From the NCBI GenBank assembly GCA_030699125.1, contig JAUYKM010000009.1, forward strand, positions 204,958-268,957: a stretch of 64,000 nt of DNA, in the 5' to 3' direction. The DNA comes from Candidatus Daviesbacteria bacterium. GTDB taxonomy: Bacteria; Patescibacteriota; Microgenomatia; Daviesbacterales; UBA10151. Both the position numbers and the translations under genes were made by a program. Under the pieces are notes generated by a model. The model was given only the letters and a program-made list of their open reading frames with translations, searched no databases and was not told the origin of the DNA. Position 1 is the stretch's first letter. Each line of letters opens with the position of its first letter. Shown here in pieces: positions 1 to 8,324 of the stretch.

Positions 1-829
1 CTCTTTCTTGTTTATTATTTCTATAAATCTTAATAATAAAATCAGTAACTCTCTTGTTTCTATTTTTCAGAATAATTCTTCCTTTCTCGAATTTAAAAAT
101 AAGTTGATGCTTAGAAGTCGTTGAAGAATTACAAGATAGTTGAGCTTGTCCGGTTATACCATGCTCAAATTTTAAAGTAAGATCTGCGCCTACATCACCT
201 CTGTTTAAACTTTTCTTAGAATAAAATATATCGCTATTAATTTTTATAATTTTTCCTGCAAAATATTCTAAGTAGTATAAGGAATGAGAAAAGTAAAAAG
301 ATAATGCTCCACCTCCCTCTCTTGCATTCGATTTCCAGGATGTAATTTTGTTTTTAATATCATAACTTAAAAATAACCATGTCAGTTCAATCTTTTTTAA
401 TGTTCCTAATTGACCATTATTGATTATTTTTTTGACTTCTTTCCACTCTTCAATTTCAGGAAAAATAAAATCTATAGCATGAATAATTTTCTTCTTTTCC
501 GCCAATTTATATAGCTGACGTGCTTGTAATAAGGTGGCTGCCAGAGGTTTCTCAGCAAAAATATGTAGACCTTTTTTAATTGCTTTTTTTGCTATGCGAT
601 ACTGTGCGTTTGGGGTGACTGCTATTGCTAATGCATCTAATTTTTCATTATTGAGCATTAATTGCCAATCTTTGTAAATTTTTTTATTTCCAACTTCAGA
701 CTGATACTTTTTTAATCTGCCTTTATCATTTGCACAAATTGCTATCACCTGGCATTTTTTTATTGAATTAAATGCAGGCAGTAAGCCATAGAGACCAAAC
801 CCAGAACCGATAATCCCAACCTTCACCAT
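1..829 (-). CDS. Gfo/Idh/MocA-family NAD(P)-dependent oxidoreductase (WbpB-like sugar dehydrogenase candidate); 3' end lies beyond the window
   Basis: Reverse-strand ORF with ATG at 829-827. The N-terminus MVKVGIIGSGFGLYGLLPAF is a Rossmann GxGxxG of the Gfo/Idh/MocA type. It is absent from the ORF track because it runs off the window edge. Confidence 0.7.
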   Translation of the reverse strand, partial: MVKVGIIGSGFGLYGLLPAFNSIKKCQVIAICANDKGRLKKYQSEVGNKKIYKDWQLMLNNEKLDALAIAVTPNAQYRIAKKAIKKGLHIFAEKPLAATLLQARQLYKLAEKKKIIHAIDFIFPEIEEWKEVKKIINNGQLGTLKKIELTWLFLSYDIKNKITSWKSNAREGGGALSFYFSHSLYYLEYFAGKIIKINSDIFYSKKSLNRGDVGADLTLKFEHGITGQAQLSCNSSTTSKHQLIFKFEKGRIILKNRNKRVTDFIIKIYRNNKQER

Positions 830-892
830 ATTTATTTTGCAGTATTATACTATACTTAAACATCAAAGGGGTTTATAATCACTAGCAGAAAA

Positions 893-913
893 CCCCGCTT
901 TTTTAAAGCGGGG
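893..913 (-). terminator. Rho-independent terminator-like hairpin downstream of the DegT operon (minus strand)
   Basis: CCCCGCTT-TTTTA-AAGCGGGG gives an 8-bp GC-rich stem. On the minus strand it is followed by TTTTCTG. It lies between the DegT stop (1046) and the next minus-strand start (829). Confidence 0.55.
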
Positions 914-937
914 ATGAATGCTTAAGTGATTACAGTC

Positions 938-1030
938 TTCCGCGGAATGATTGGTGGTATCTGAAGGTAGGGTTTTCTGCAGTTTCTTGTAAACTTTTAA
1001 AGAAAACCGCGGAATTTCAGTCCGCGGAAG
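938..1030. promoter_or_regulatory. Three copies of the palindromic CCGCGGAA / TTCCGCGGAA motif plus a 10-bp long-range inverted repeat
   Basis: TTCCGCGGAA at 938-947. CCGCGGAA at 1007-1014 and at 1022-1029; copies 2 and 3 can pair as a 7-bp stem. CAGAAAACCC (886-895) is complementary to GGGTTTTCTG (970-979). The GC-rich content contrasts with the AT-rich surroundings. Confidence 0.4.
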
Positions 1031-1045
1031 TTTATAAGTAAGGGA

Positions 1046-2173
1046 TTATTTAGTCAAATTTTTAAAGAATTTCTTGAACTTGCTGGCAATGAACTTAATA
1101 TCAGACTCTTTCAAACCCGGGTAGATAGGCAGTCTTAATATTGAATCGGCAACAGTGTTTGTTATTTTAAAATCACTTTTCTTATATCCCAACTTTCTTC
1201 CCATTTTTGAAGAATGAAGTGGAGTATAGTGGAATGCAGTTTCAATATCTTTTGATTTCATAAATTCAATTAGTTGGTCTCTTTTCCTGCTACTTACTAA
1301 TATTGCAAAGATATGCCAATTGGGATCACATTCTGATGGTAATTGCGGAAGGACAACTTCTTTAATACCTCCCAAAAATTCCAAATACAATTGTGCAATA
1401 TTTTTGCGGTCTTGAGTTATTTTGTTTATTTTTTTCAACTGGTTTCTTGCTATTGCACTTTGAAGGCCAGACAAATAATAACTGCTACCCCTTGATACCC
1501 ATTGATACTTTCTAATTTTTTTTTGGAGAAAATCATAACGATTGGTACCGACTTGTCGATAGATCTCTGCTTTTCTAAATATTTTTTTACTATTAGTGAT
1601 AAAAATACCCCCTTCGCCACTAGTGATGTTTTTGGTTGCATGTAAACTAAAGCAGCCAATATCTCCAATGGTACCTAAAAGTTTCCCTTTATATCGTGAT
1701 CCCCAGCCGTGAGAGGCATCTTCTATTATTTTTATTCCAGCTTTTTTGGCAATTTGCATTATTTGGTCCATTTGACAGCTCATTCCAGCATAGTGGACAG
1801 CAATGATTGCCTTGGTCTTTGGAGATAGTTGTTTTTTAATACTTTCAGGATCGATATTAAAATAAACTGGATCAATTTCGGCGAATTTTACTGTTGCACC
1901 TTGGTTTAGAATTGCCGTAGCATCAGAGGGAAAAGTAAAACTTGGAACTATTACTTCATCATCCTGTTTTAGGTTCAAGCTAGCAACAGCTAATTCCAAA
2001 GCCGCTGTCCCGGAAGGTACGGCAATTGCATATTCAACTCCAAAATAATCTTTTAGTTCTCTTAAGAAAGAATTTTCAACACTTCCACCACTGTAAATTA
2101 CTCCAGAATCAATAGTTTCAAGCAAGACTTTCTTATCGTCTTCTTCTAAAAAGGGTTTATGAAGCGGAATCAA
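1046..2173 (-). CDS. DegT/DnrJ/EryC1/StrS-family PLP-dependent sugar aminotransferase (WbpE/PglE-like)
   Basis: 375 aa. The motifs SGTAALELA, AVHYAGMSCQMD and SLHATKNITSGEGG (PLP lysine) are typical of DegT sugar aminotransferases. Confidence 0.85.
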   Translation of the reverse strand: MIPLHKPFLEEDDKKVLLETIDSGVIYSGGSVENSFLRELKDYFGVEYAIAVPSGTAALELAVASLNLKQDDEVIVPSFTFPSDATAILNQGATVKFAEIDPVYFNIDPESIKKQLSPKTKAIIAVHYAGMSCQMDQIMQIAKKAGIKIIEDASHGWGSRYKGKLLGTIGDIGCFSLHATKNITSGEGGIFITNSKKIFRKAEIYRQVGTNRYDFLQKKIRKYQWVSRGSSYYLSGLQSAIARNQLKKINKITQDRKNIAQLYLEFLGGIKEVVLPQLPSECDPNWHIFAILVSSRKRDQLIEFMKSKDIETAFHYTPLHSSKMGRKLGYKKSDFKITNTVADSILRLPIYPGLKESDIKFIASKFKKFFKNLTK

Positions 2174-2174
2174 T

Positions 2175-2720
2175 TTATCCTCCTTTTATCTTTCTGATTG
2201 ATCTGGCTGGTACTCCAGCCACCAGAGTTTTATCAGGAACATTTTTCGTCACAACGCTTCCAGCAGCGACAAAAGATTGGTGGCCTATGGTAACCCCGGG
2301 TAAAATAGTAACTGTTGCGGCAATCACACTCCCTCTTTTGAACAAAACAGGCTTTGTTGATTTTGGGAAATATTTTTGCAAAGGGTGGTCAAAGTAGCCA
2401 ACGTTAAGATGAGTTAAAACTGTCACTCTTTGAGCCAGAGTTACTTCATTTTCCAAAGTAACTGAGCCATATAAATCAATTAATGTCTCATCTCCGATAA
2501 AACAGTCACTTCCAATTACCAGACCTTGCGGTCCTTTGTGATGCCAATTAAAAAATTTAACATTCATAATAATTGAATTACTACCGATCTTGGCGCCCAG
2601 AAGAGTTAGAAAGACCTTTCGTAAGGGAGGTAATATTAATAAACCATAAATAAATTGTAAAATTGCATAGACAATAAATCTAATTGTTTTTTCTACACCG
2701 ATCTCTTCAGTTGCCTTCAT
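2175..2720 (-). CDS. Hexapeptide-repeat (left-handed beta-helix) sugar N-/O-acetyltransferase with N-terminal TM helix
   Basis: 181 aa. Repeated [LIV]-G-x-x-x-x hexapeptides (VIGSDCFIGDETLI, GSVIAATVTILPGVTIGHQSFVAAGSVVTKNV) match the WbpD/PglD/WbbJ-like fold. Confidence 0.75.
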   Translation of the reverse strand: MKATEEIGVEKTIRFIVYAILQFIYGLLILPPLRKVFLTLLGAKIGSNSIIMNVKFFNWHHKGPQGLVIGSDCFIGDETLIDLYGSVTLENEVTLAQRVTVLTHLNVGYFDHPLQKYFPKSTKPVLFKRGSVIAATVTILPGVTIGHQSFVAAGSVVTKNVPDKTLVAGVPARSIRKIKGG

Positions 2721-3427
2721 TCCTTAAAACTTTCTTTAAAAACTAACAATCTTTGTAATTGGCGCCAACTGTCACGCATAAACTTGACTGTTGATTTTTT
2801 CTCAGGGCGTCTTTGAAACAATATGGGGATTTCAACTATCTTTAAGTTCGCAAAAAAAGCTCGGGCTATGATTTCTGTATCCCAGAACCAACCATTGTCT
2901 TCTGTTTTTTTGACAATGGGAAGGATTTTTTTTCTATTAAAAAACTTATATCCGGCCTCAGTGTCCTTAAAAGGCAATAATAATAGTCTTCTCACGAGAA
3001 TGGGATATATTACACTGCCAAGGTACCGGTGAGGTCCAGTAATTTGGAATTTATATGACCTGGAGCCAATTGCAACATCAGCTCCTAAATCAATAGCTCT
3101 AATAAATGCTGGTAGATAATTTTCTGATACCTCAAGATCAATATCAACAAATCCAACTATATCCCCTTTAGCCTTGAGTATTCCCTCTTTAACCGTGCCG
3201 CCGCGGCCTATATTTTCAGTGTGGAATATCGAAAGGATGTTTTTGCTATGATGATGATTTTGTACATTACTTATTATTTTGCTACTGTTATCTTCACTTG
3301 CATCGTCAATAAATATTAACTCATATTCATATTTTGTGATATCCAAAATATTGATAATTCTTTTAGTACTTTCCTTAATTGAAAGTTCGTCATTGAAGCA
3401 TGCAAGAATTAAGCTAATCTTTTTCAT
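2717..3427 (-). CDS. GT2 glycosyltransferase, polyprenyl-phosphate sugar synthase type (GtrB/CsbB/ArnC/DPM1-like)
   Basis: 236 aa with ILACFNDE, FIDDASEDNS, DIDLE and a GRGGTVKEG-like motif. The short soluble GT2 architecture is typical of C55-P-sugar synthases. Confidence 0.7.
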   Translation of the reverse strand: MKKISLILACFNDELSIKESTKRIINILDITKYEYELIFIDDASEDNSSKIISNVQNHHHSKNILSIFHTENIGRGGTVKEGILKAKGDIVGFVDIDLEVSENYLPAFIRAIDLGADVAIGSRSYKFQITGPHRYLGSVIYPILVRRLLLLPFKDTEAGYKFFNRKKILPIVKKTEDNGWFWDTEIIARAFFANLKIVEIPILFQRRPEKKSTVKFMRDSWRQLQRLLVFKESFKE

Positions 3428-3435
3428 ATATCCTG

Positions 3436-4296
3436 TTATTTCTTTTGTGCGAGCAAGACTATTGGCGTTTGGGCATTGAATAAATTTGCAACATGAATTG
3501 CTGGTTTTAAAAGTTTTAAAGTTTTTAAAATTGTGATAATTTTTTTTGCCGATCCTACGGTACTTAACTCAGGAAGTTTTAATTTTGAGACTTTTTCAGT
3601 AAATACCTCTTTACCCCAATCTAATACCAGTAATGGTAGGGGTCGAGTTATATTTTTTAGATCTATTTGATTCACTAGTTGTAATTCATCTAAGAGTTTG
3701 GGGTTTTTGCCCCAAAGCTTAAGGTATAATCTACCCAGGGATTTTGATAAGTAGGGGATCCAAATTATTCCATAATGGCTCTCCCAGAAAGATCCATAAT
3801 TTGGAACTACAGAATATAAATAGCCACCACTTTTTAAAACACGCGTTGATTCCTGAATAACTCTCTTCACGTTTTGAACATGTTCAAGAGTAAAAAATGA
3901 GACAACAATATCAAATGATTCGTCTTTGTAGGGAAGTTTTTCTCCGTCTGCTTGTTTGATTAAATTGGGGTTAAATCCGGATCTTTTAAGTAGCTCTCGG
4001 CCTATTCTTAATGTAGTTTGATAGTAGGGTTGATTAGCCGGTTCTATACCCTTCGCTCTAATGCCATTTTCCAGACAGATTACAAGAAAGAGGCCATAAC
4101 CGCAGCCAACCTCTAAAAGTTTTTTATTTTTTAATTTACCCAATGCGACAGTCAAATCGTCAAAATGTTCACGAGCACGCTGCCATGATAGAAGTGCTTC
4201 TGCAGTTTCTTGGGCAGGCCTTCCGGTTACGTGAGCTAAAGTTTGATCTAAATGTTCAGTTAGCTCATTTTTTAAATCATTTATTTCAATTCTCAT
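3436..4296 (-). CDS. Class I SAM-dependent methyltransferase
   Basis: 286 aa. LEVGCGYGLF is a motif I (GxGxG), with an acidic residue after beta-2. Confidence 0.7.
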   Translation of the reverse strand: MRIEINDLKNELTEHLDQTLAHVTGRPAQETAEALLSWQRAREHFDDLTVALGKLKNKKLLEVGCGYGLFLVICLENGIRAKGIEPANQPYYQTTLRIGRELLKRSGFNPNLIKQADGEKLPYKDESFDIVVSFFTLEHVQNVKRVIQESTRVLKSGGYLYSVVPNYGSFWESHYGIIWIPYLSKSLGRLYLKLWGKNPKLLDELQLVNQIDLKNITRPLPLLVLDWGKEVFTEKVSKLKLPELSTVGSAKKIITILKTLKLLKPAIHVANLFNAQTPIVLLAQKK

Positions 4297-4326
4297 GGCT
4301 TAAAATTCCAATATGACTGATAATTA

Positions 4327-5637
4327 CTAAACTTTTGAATTTTTGACAATTTTGAAATCAGGTAGAGGAATAATGAAGTTAGATTTCAAGCCCCTTTTCT
4401 TTAATTGTTGCATGATTGGAAGTGCATAATGCCAGGCAAGTAGTACTACATAATCCGGTTGATCATCAAATAATCTTTGATTATTAACAACTGGCATATG
4501 TTTTCCAGGTAAGTACATGTTTAGTTTTAAGGATGTTGGCTGCTCAGCTAAGTAAGGAAGTAATTCAGTGTCCACGCCGTAATAATTTAGGAGAGTAGAA
4601 CATCTTCCAGGACAAGAATTTCCCACAATTTTTTTACCTTTTTTTCTTGATTTCATTAAGAAATCCATAAATTTCAGACGGGCATTTCTAACTCGATCTG
4701 CAAATAGCTTGAATGTTTCCAATTTTCCTAATCCAAATTCTTTTTCTAATTTTAATAATTTAGCCACTGATGGATTAATCTTTTTTCCCTTACCCTTTTT
4801 AACGTATATTCGAATATTGCCTCCGTATCTACTTCCTCTTTCTACCTCCACTATTGTAAAATCATATTGATTAAATAGAGTAATAAGAGCTTTTAGAGAA
4901 TACGTTCTTAAGTGCTCATGATAGATTGTATCGAATTGCCCGCCGGCTATTACATCAAGAAGGTAATGAGTTTCGGAGATAAAGATTCCATCGTCCTTTA
5001 ATAAATTGTATGCACCCATTATGAACTCTCCCAGTGTTTGCATATGGGCAAAAGTATTAGTAGTAATAATAAGAGATGCTTTCCCGTATTTTTCCTGAAT
5101 TTTTTTAGCTGTTTTTATTCCAAAAAAGGCTTGAAAAGTGTTTATACCACTTTTATTGGCAATTTTGGCAATATTCGTTGGTTCAACTCCTAATGTTTTT
5201 ATACCCTCTTCTTTAAAGCCTTGGAGTAAGGTACCATCATTTGAACCGACATCAACAATTAAGTCATTTGAATTTAATTTAAATTTTTTTATAATGGATT
5301 TACTTATTTGTTTTTGGTAATCAACTAGCTCTTTAGTGATACCGCTACGGTAAGGATAATCAGGATAATAGATCTCTTTCCCAGCTACACAGTAATCAAT
5401 TTGAACTCCCGTACAATCTTCACACCAAACCATTCTAAGAGGATAGGTTATCTCGGGTTTATCTAATTGCTCATCTGTTAGCATAGCCACACAGGGAGAT
5501 TGGTGACCTAAATCTAAGATCAAATGTAATTTTTTTGAATTACATATCTGGCAGGAAGATATATGGCCAGTTTTAACAAAATGATGCTTTGGATAAGTTA
5601 ATTTCATTTGTTTTTGAGTATAACATATCAAATCCAA
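4327..5637 (-). CDS. NDP-hexose C-methyltransferase-like (TylCIII/NovU family) with N-terminal zinc-ribbon domain
   Basis: 436 aa. An N-terminal CQICNSKK...LDLGHQSPC zinc-ribbon/Methyltransf_13-like region is followed by a SAM-binding motif (VDVGSNDGTLL) and a C-terminal C-methyltransferase-type domain. Confidence 0.6.
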   Translation of the reverse strand: MDLICYTQKQMKLTYPKHHFVKTGHISSCQICNSKKLHLILDLGHQSPCVAMLTDEQLDKPEITYPLRMVWCEDCTGVQIDYCVAGKEIYYPDYPYRSGITKELVDYQKQISKSIIKKFKLNSNDLIVDVGSNDGTLLQGFKEEGIKTLGVEPTNIAKIANKSGINTFQAFFGIKTAKKIQEKYGKASLIITTNTFAHMQTLGEFIMGAYNLLKDDGIFISETHYLLDVIAGGQFDTIYHEHLRTYSLKALITLFNQYDFTIVEVERGSRYGGNIRIYVKKGKGKKINPSVAKLLKLEKEFGLGKLETFKLFADRVRNARLKFMDFLMKSRKKGKKIVGNSCPGRCSTLLNYYGVDTELLPYLAEQPTSLKLNMYLPGKHMPVVNNQRLFDDQPDYVVLLAWHYALPIMQQLKKRGLKSNFIIPLPDFKIVKNSKV

Positions 5638-6659
5638 TATAAATCCTTATTGAGCTTACCCACTTTCATCAAATTTTGAAGATGGGTTAAACGAATAAAT
5701 TTACCATCATCGAAATCCTTTTTGGTAAAATTTTGATTAAGCTTTTTAATCAAATGATGAATTGATTTTTCCAGTGGCCATTTTTGAATTAATTTTGGTA
5801 AGATTTTTTTTATTTTAGAAAAGTCTACTCGATAACTTCTGCTATCTTTACCGTGTTCTCCGGTGTAGATAATTTTACAACTAGGCAAATATTTTTTAAC
5901 GTATTTTACTATATCCTTAATCCGGTAATTACTTTCATCGAATCCCACATTGAAAATCTCTCCATTAATTGCTTTAGAATCCAGAGTTATAAACTTAGAA
6001 ATAATTTCGGATAAATCCTGTATGTCAACAAGTGGTCTCCAAGGACTACCATCGCTTAGGATTCTAATCTCCTCAAATGCAATCGCGGAAGTGACAAGAT
6101 TATTAACAACTAAATCATTCCTAAATCTGGGAGAAAAGCCATAAACAGTTGCATTTCTCAGTAAACAAACACAAAAATTATCATCCCTTAATTTTTTCAG
6201 CTCTGTTTCTACTAAAACCTTTGATTTAGCATAGGCGGTTAAGGGATTAATTGGGGAGTTTTCATTGACCAGGTTCTCTTTAGCGATACCGTAAACCGAG
6301 CAAGAGGAAGAGAAAATAAATCTTTTTACACCCATTTTCTTTGCTTTTTTAGCAAGGGTAATAGTAGCTTTATAGTTTATATCTAAGGTAAGTTTTTCAT
6401 TTAAGGCACCCATAGGATCATTTGATAAGGCTGCCAGATGAATAATACAATCAATACCATTCAATTTCTTTATCTTATCCCGAATATCTGTTCTTTTGGA
6501 ATAATACTTATTTTTATATCTACCAATGGTAATATCCTTAAAATAATCAGTATCCCATCCAATAACTTCAAAGCCCTTTCTTAATAATTTGTTACATAAA
6601 ATAGTACCAATATAACCATTTGCACCTGTTACCAGAATTTTTTTTACCATATTTTCCAA
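5628..6659 (-). CDS. NAD-dependent epimerase/dehydratase (extended SDR), nucleotide-sugar modifying
   Basis: 343 aa. N-terminal VTGANGYIGTIL is a Rossmann motif, and YAKSK is the catalytic YxxxK. Confidence 0.75.
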   Translation of the reverse strand: MENMVKKILVTGANGYIGTILCNKLLRKGFEVIGWDTDYFKDITIGRYKNKYYSKRTDIRDKIKKLNGIDCIIHLAALSNDPMGALNEKLTLDINYKATITLAKKAKKMGVKRFIFSSSCSVYGIAKENLVNENSPINPLTAYAKSKVLVETELKKLRDDNFCVCLLRNATVYGFSPRFRNDLVVNNLVTSAIAFEEIRILSDGSPWRPLVDIQDLSEIISKFITLDSKAINGEIFNVGFDESNYRIKDIVKYVKKYLPSCKIIYTGEHGKDSRSYRVDFSKIKKILPKLIQKWPLEKSIHHLIKKLNQNFTKKDFDDGKFIRLTHLQNLMKVGKLNKDLYWI

Positions 6660-7420
6660 GGAATCTTATCGGAATTCCAGATTTTATTTAGATCTTCGAG
6701 TTCCTTATAAGTATCAACAGCAAACCAAAAATCATCATGTTTAAAGATTGAAATCTGTTCCTTCTCTGCTAAATTTGAAATTACTTGAAGTTCAGAAGAG
6801 CCATCCTCTAAATAATCAAAAAATCTTTGATCAAAAATCATAAAACCTCCATTGACCCAATCCGATAATACAGGTTTTTCTACTATAGCCTTCAGTAGCA
6901 TATTATTGGTTATATCTAGTAAACCATATTTAGATCTTGGGTGAACAGAAACAATGGTGCCGATAGTTTTTTGTTTCTTATGAAATTTAACCTCCTCTTT
7001 AATATTAATATTGGCTACTCCGTCTCCATATGTAACCATAAAATATTTATCATTTTTAGGAATATATTTTTTGCAACGAAGGATTCTTTCTCCCGGCAAA
7101 GTTTCCAGTCCTGTATCAACGAAAGTAATCTGGAAGTCATCATTATCTTTTTGATTTTCCAAACGGAATTTAGTTTTATGGTTCTTTGTATAAAGAGTAA
7201 AGTCGCTCATAAATGCTTTTTGGTTTAAGAAATAATCTTTAATGTAATCTGCTTTATATCCAAGAGCTAATATAAAATCGTTAAATCCAAAATGAGCATA
7301 TATTTTCATGATGTGCCAAACTAATGGTTTATTCCCGACAAGAACCATCGGTTTCGGTTTAAATTCCGTTTCTTCTTTAAGTCTTGTTCCGGCACCACCG
7401 CATAGTATTATTACTTTCAT
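6644..7420 (-). CDS. rfbF: Glucose-1-phosphate cytidylyltransferase (RfbF/DdhA-like)
   Basis: 258 aa. MKVIILCGGAGTRLKEETEFKPKPMVLVGNKPLVWHIMKIYAHFGF matches the RfbF N-terminus almost motif for motif (GGxGTRL, KPKPMV, WHIMK). Confidence 0.9.
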   Translation of the reverse strand: MKVIILCGGAGTRLKEETEFKPKPMVLVGNKPLVWHIMKIYAHFGFNDFILALGYKADYIKDYFLNQKAFMSDFTLYTKNHKTKFRLENQKDNDDFQITFVDTGLETLPGERILRCKKYIPKNDKYFMVTYGDGVANINIKEEVKFHKKQKTIGTIVSVHPRSKYGLLDITNNMLLKAIVEKPVLSDWVNGGFMIFDQRFFDYLEDGSSELQVISNLAEKEQISIFKHDDFWFAVDTYKELEDLNKIWNSDKIPWKIW

Positions 7421-7471
7421 CTTTTTCTGATTCTAATTAGGTAATCTGTAATAGTCAAACCCTGAAAAGAG

Positions 7472-8308
7472 TTAGCCTGGCTGTATTTCCCAAAAACTAT
7501 TGTAAATTGATTGTTTAGAAAGGAATATAAAATTTGATAAAAGATAATTTGGGAGCCTTTTATCGATACCATCCTCAACAAGTAGAACAACCCTTTTCCC
7601 TAATCGTAAAATTTTACTTGCTCCTTGTAATACTTCTGTTTCATGGCCTTCAACATCTAATTTAATGAATATCTCATCAAACTTTGAAAAATACCTTGAG
7701 AAACTATTTAATTTCTCTGCCTTAAGTTTGATTTTTTTGGATCCTGATTTAAAAGTAGTAAACATTTTCATCTGGTCGTTAATATAAAAATCTACAAAGC
7801 CATTTTTATTACTTAATACAGATTGAAATATTCTCACACTTGATAGTTTGTTGATTTGAATATTTCTTTTCAGGAGAGAAAAATTTTCCGGAAAAGGCTC
7901 AAATGCCATAAGTTCCAAATGATCATTACTTTTCCATTTCCTTCCAATGCTGACAGAGTATTTACCAAAACCTGCACCAATATCTACAAACATTACCTTT
8001 TTACGTTTCTTTAGTCTATTGCCTATGAGATTATTCAAATAAACTATATCTGTCCTTTCAAAGGATGGTGAAGCAATGGTTAAATCCGGCCAGATCTTCC
8101 TAATAAAAAAATCACCACACCTTGTTTTTAACAGAATTTTTTCGTTTTGATAGATTAATTTCAGGGAAGGAAAAATGTGTGCGGCAAAATACCCAATTTC
8201 ATTAAATAAAATAGTCAGGCGATAATTATAACATTCTAAGGGGGCGATAAGTTTGTAGAACAACAGATAAACAAAAAAAGTAAGTTTCTGTACGATATTA
8301 AATTTCAT
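7472..8308 (-). CDS. FkbM-family SAM-dependent methyltransferase
   Basis: 278 aa with VDIGAGFGKYS ... FEPFPENFSLLKRN ... LDVEGHE, the characteristic FkbM-domain signature. Confidence 0.7.
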   Translation of the reverse strand: MKFNIVQKLTFFVYLLFYKLIAPLECYNYRLTILFNEIGYFAAHIFPSLKLIYQNEKILLKTRCGDFFIRKIWPDLTIASPSFERTDIVYLNNLIGNRLKKRKKVMFVDIGAGFGKYSVSIGRKWKSNDHLELMAFEPFPENFSLLKRNIQINKLSSVRIFQSVLSNKNGFVDFYINDQMKMFTTFKSGSKKIKLKAEKLNSFSRYFSKFDEIFIKLDVEGHETEVLQGASKILRLGKRVVLLVEDGIDKRLPNYLLSNFIFLSKQSIYNSFWEIQPG

Positions 8309-8324
8309 TTAAAAATATTCATAA

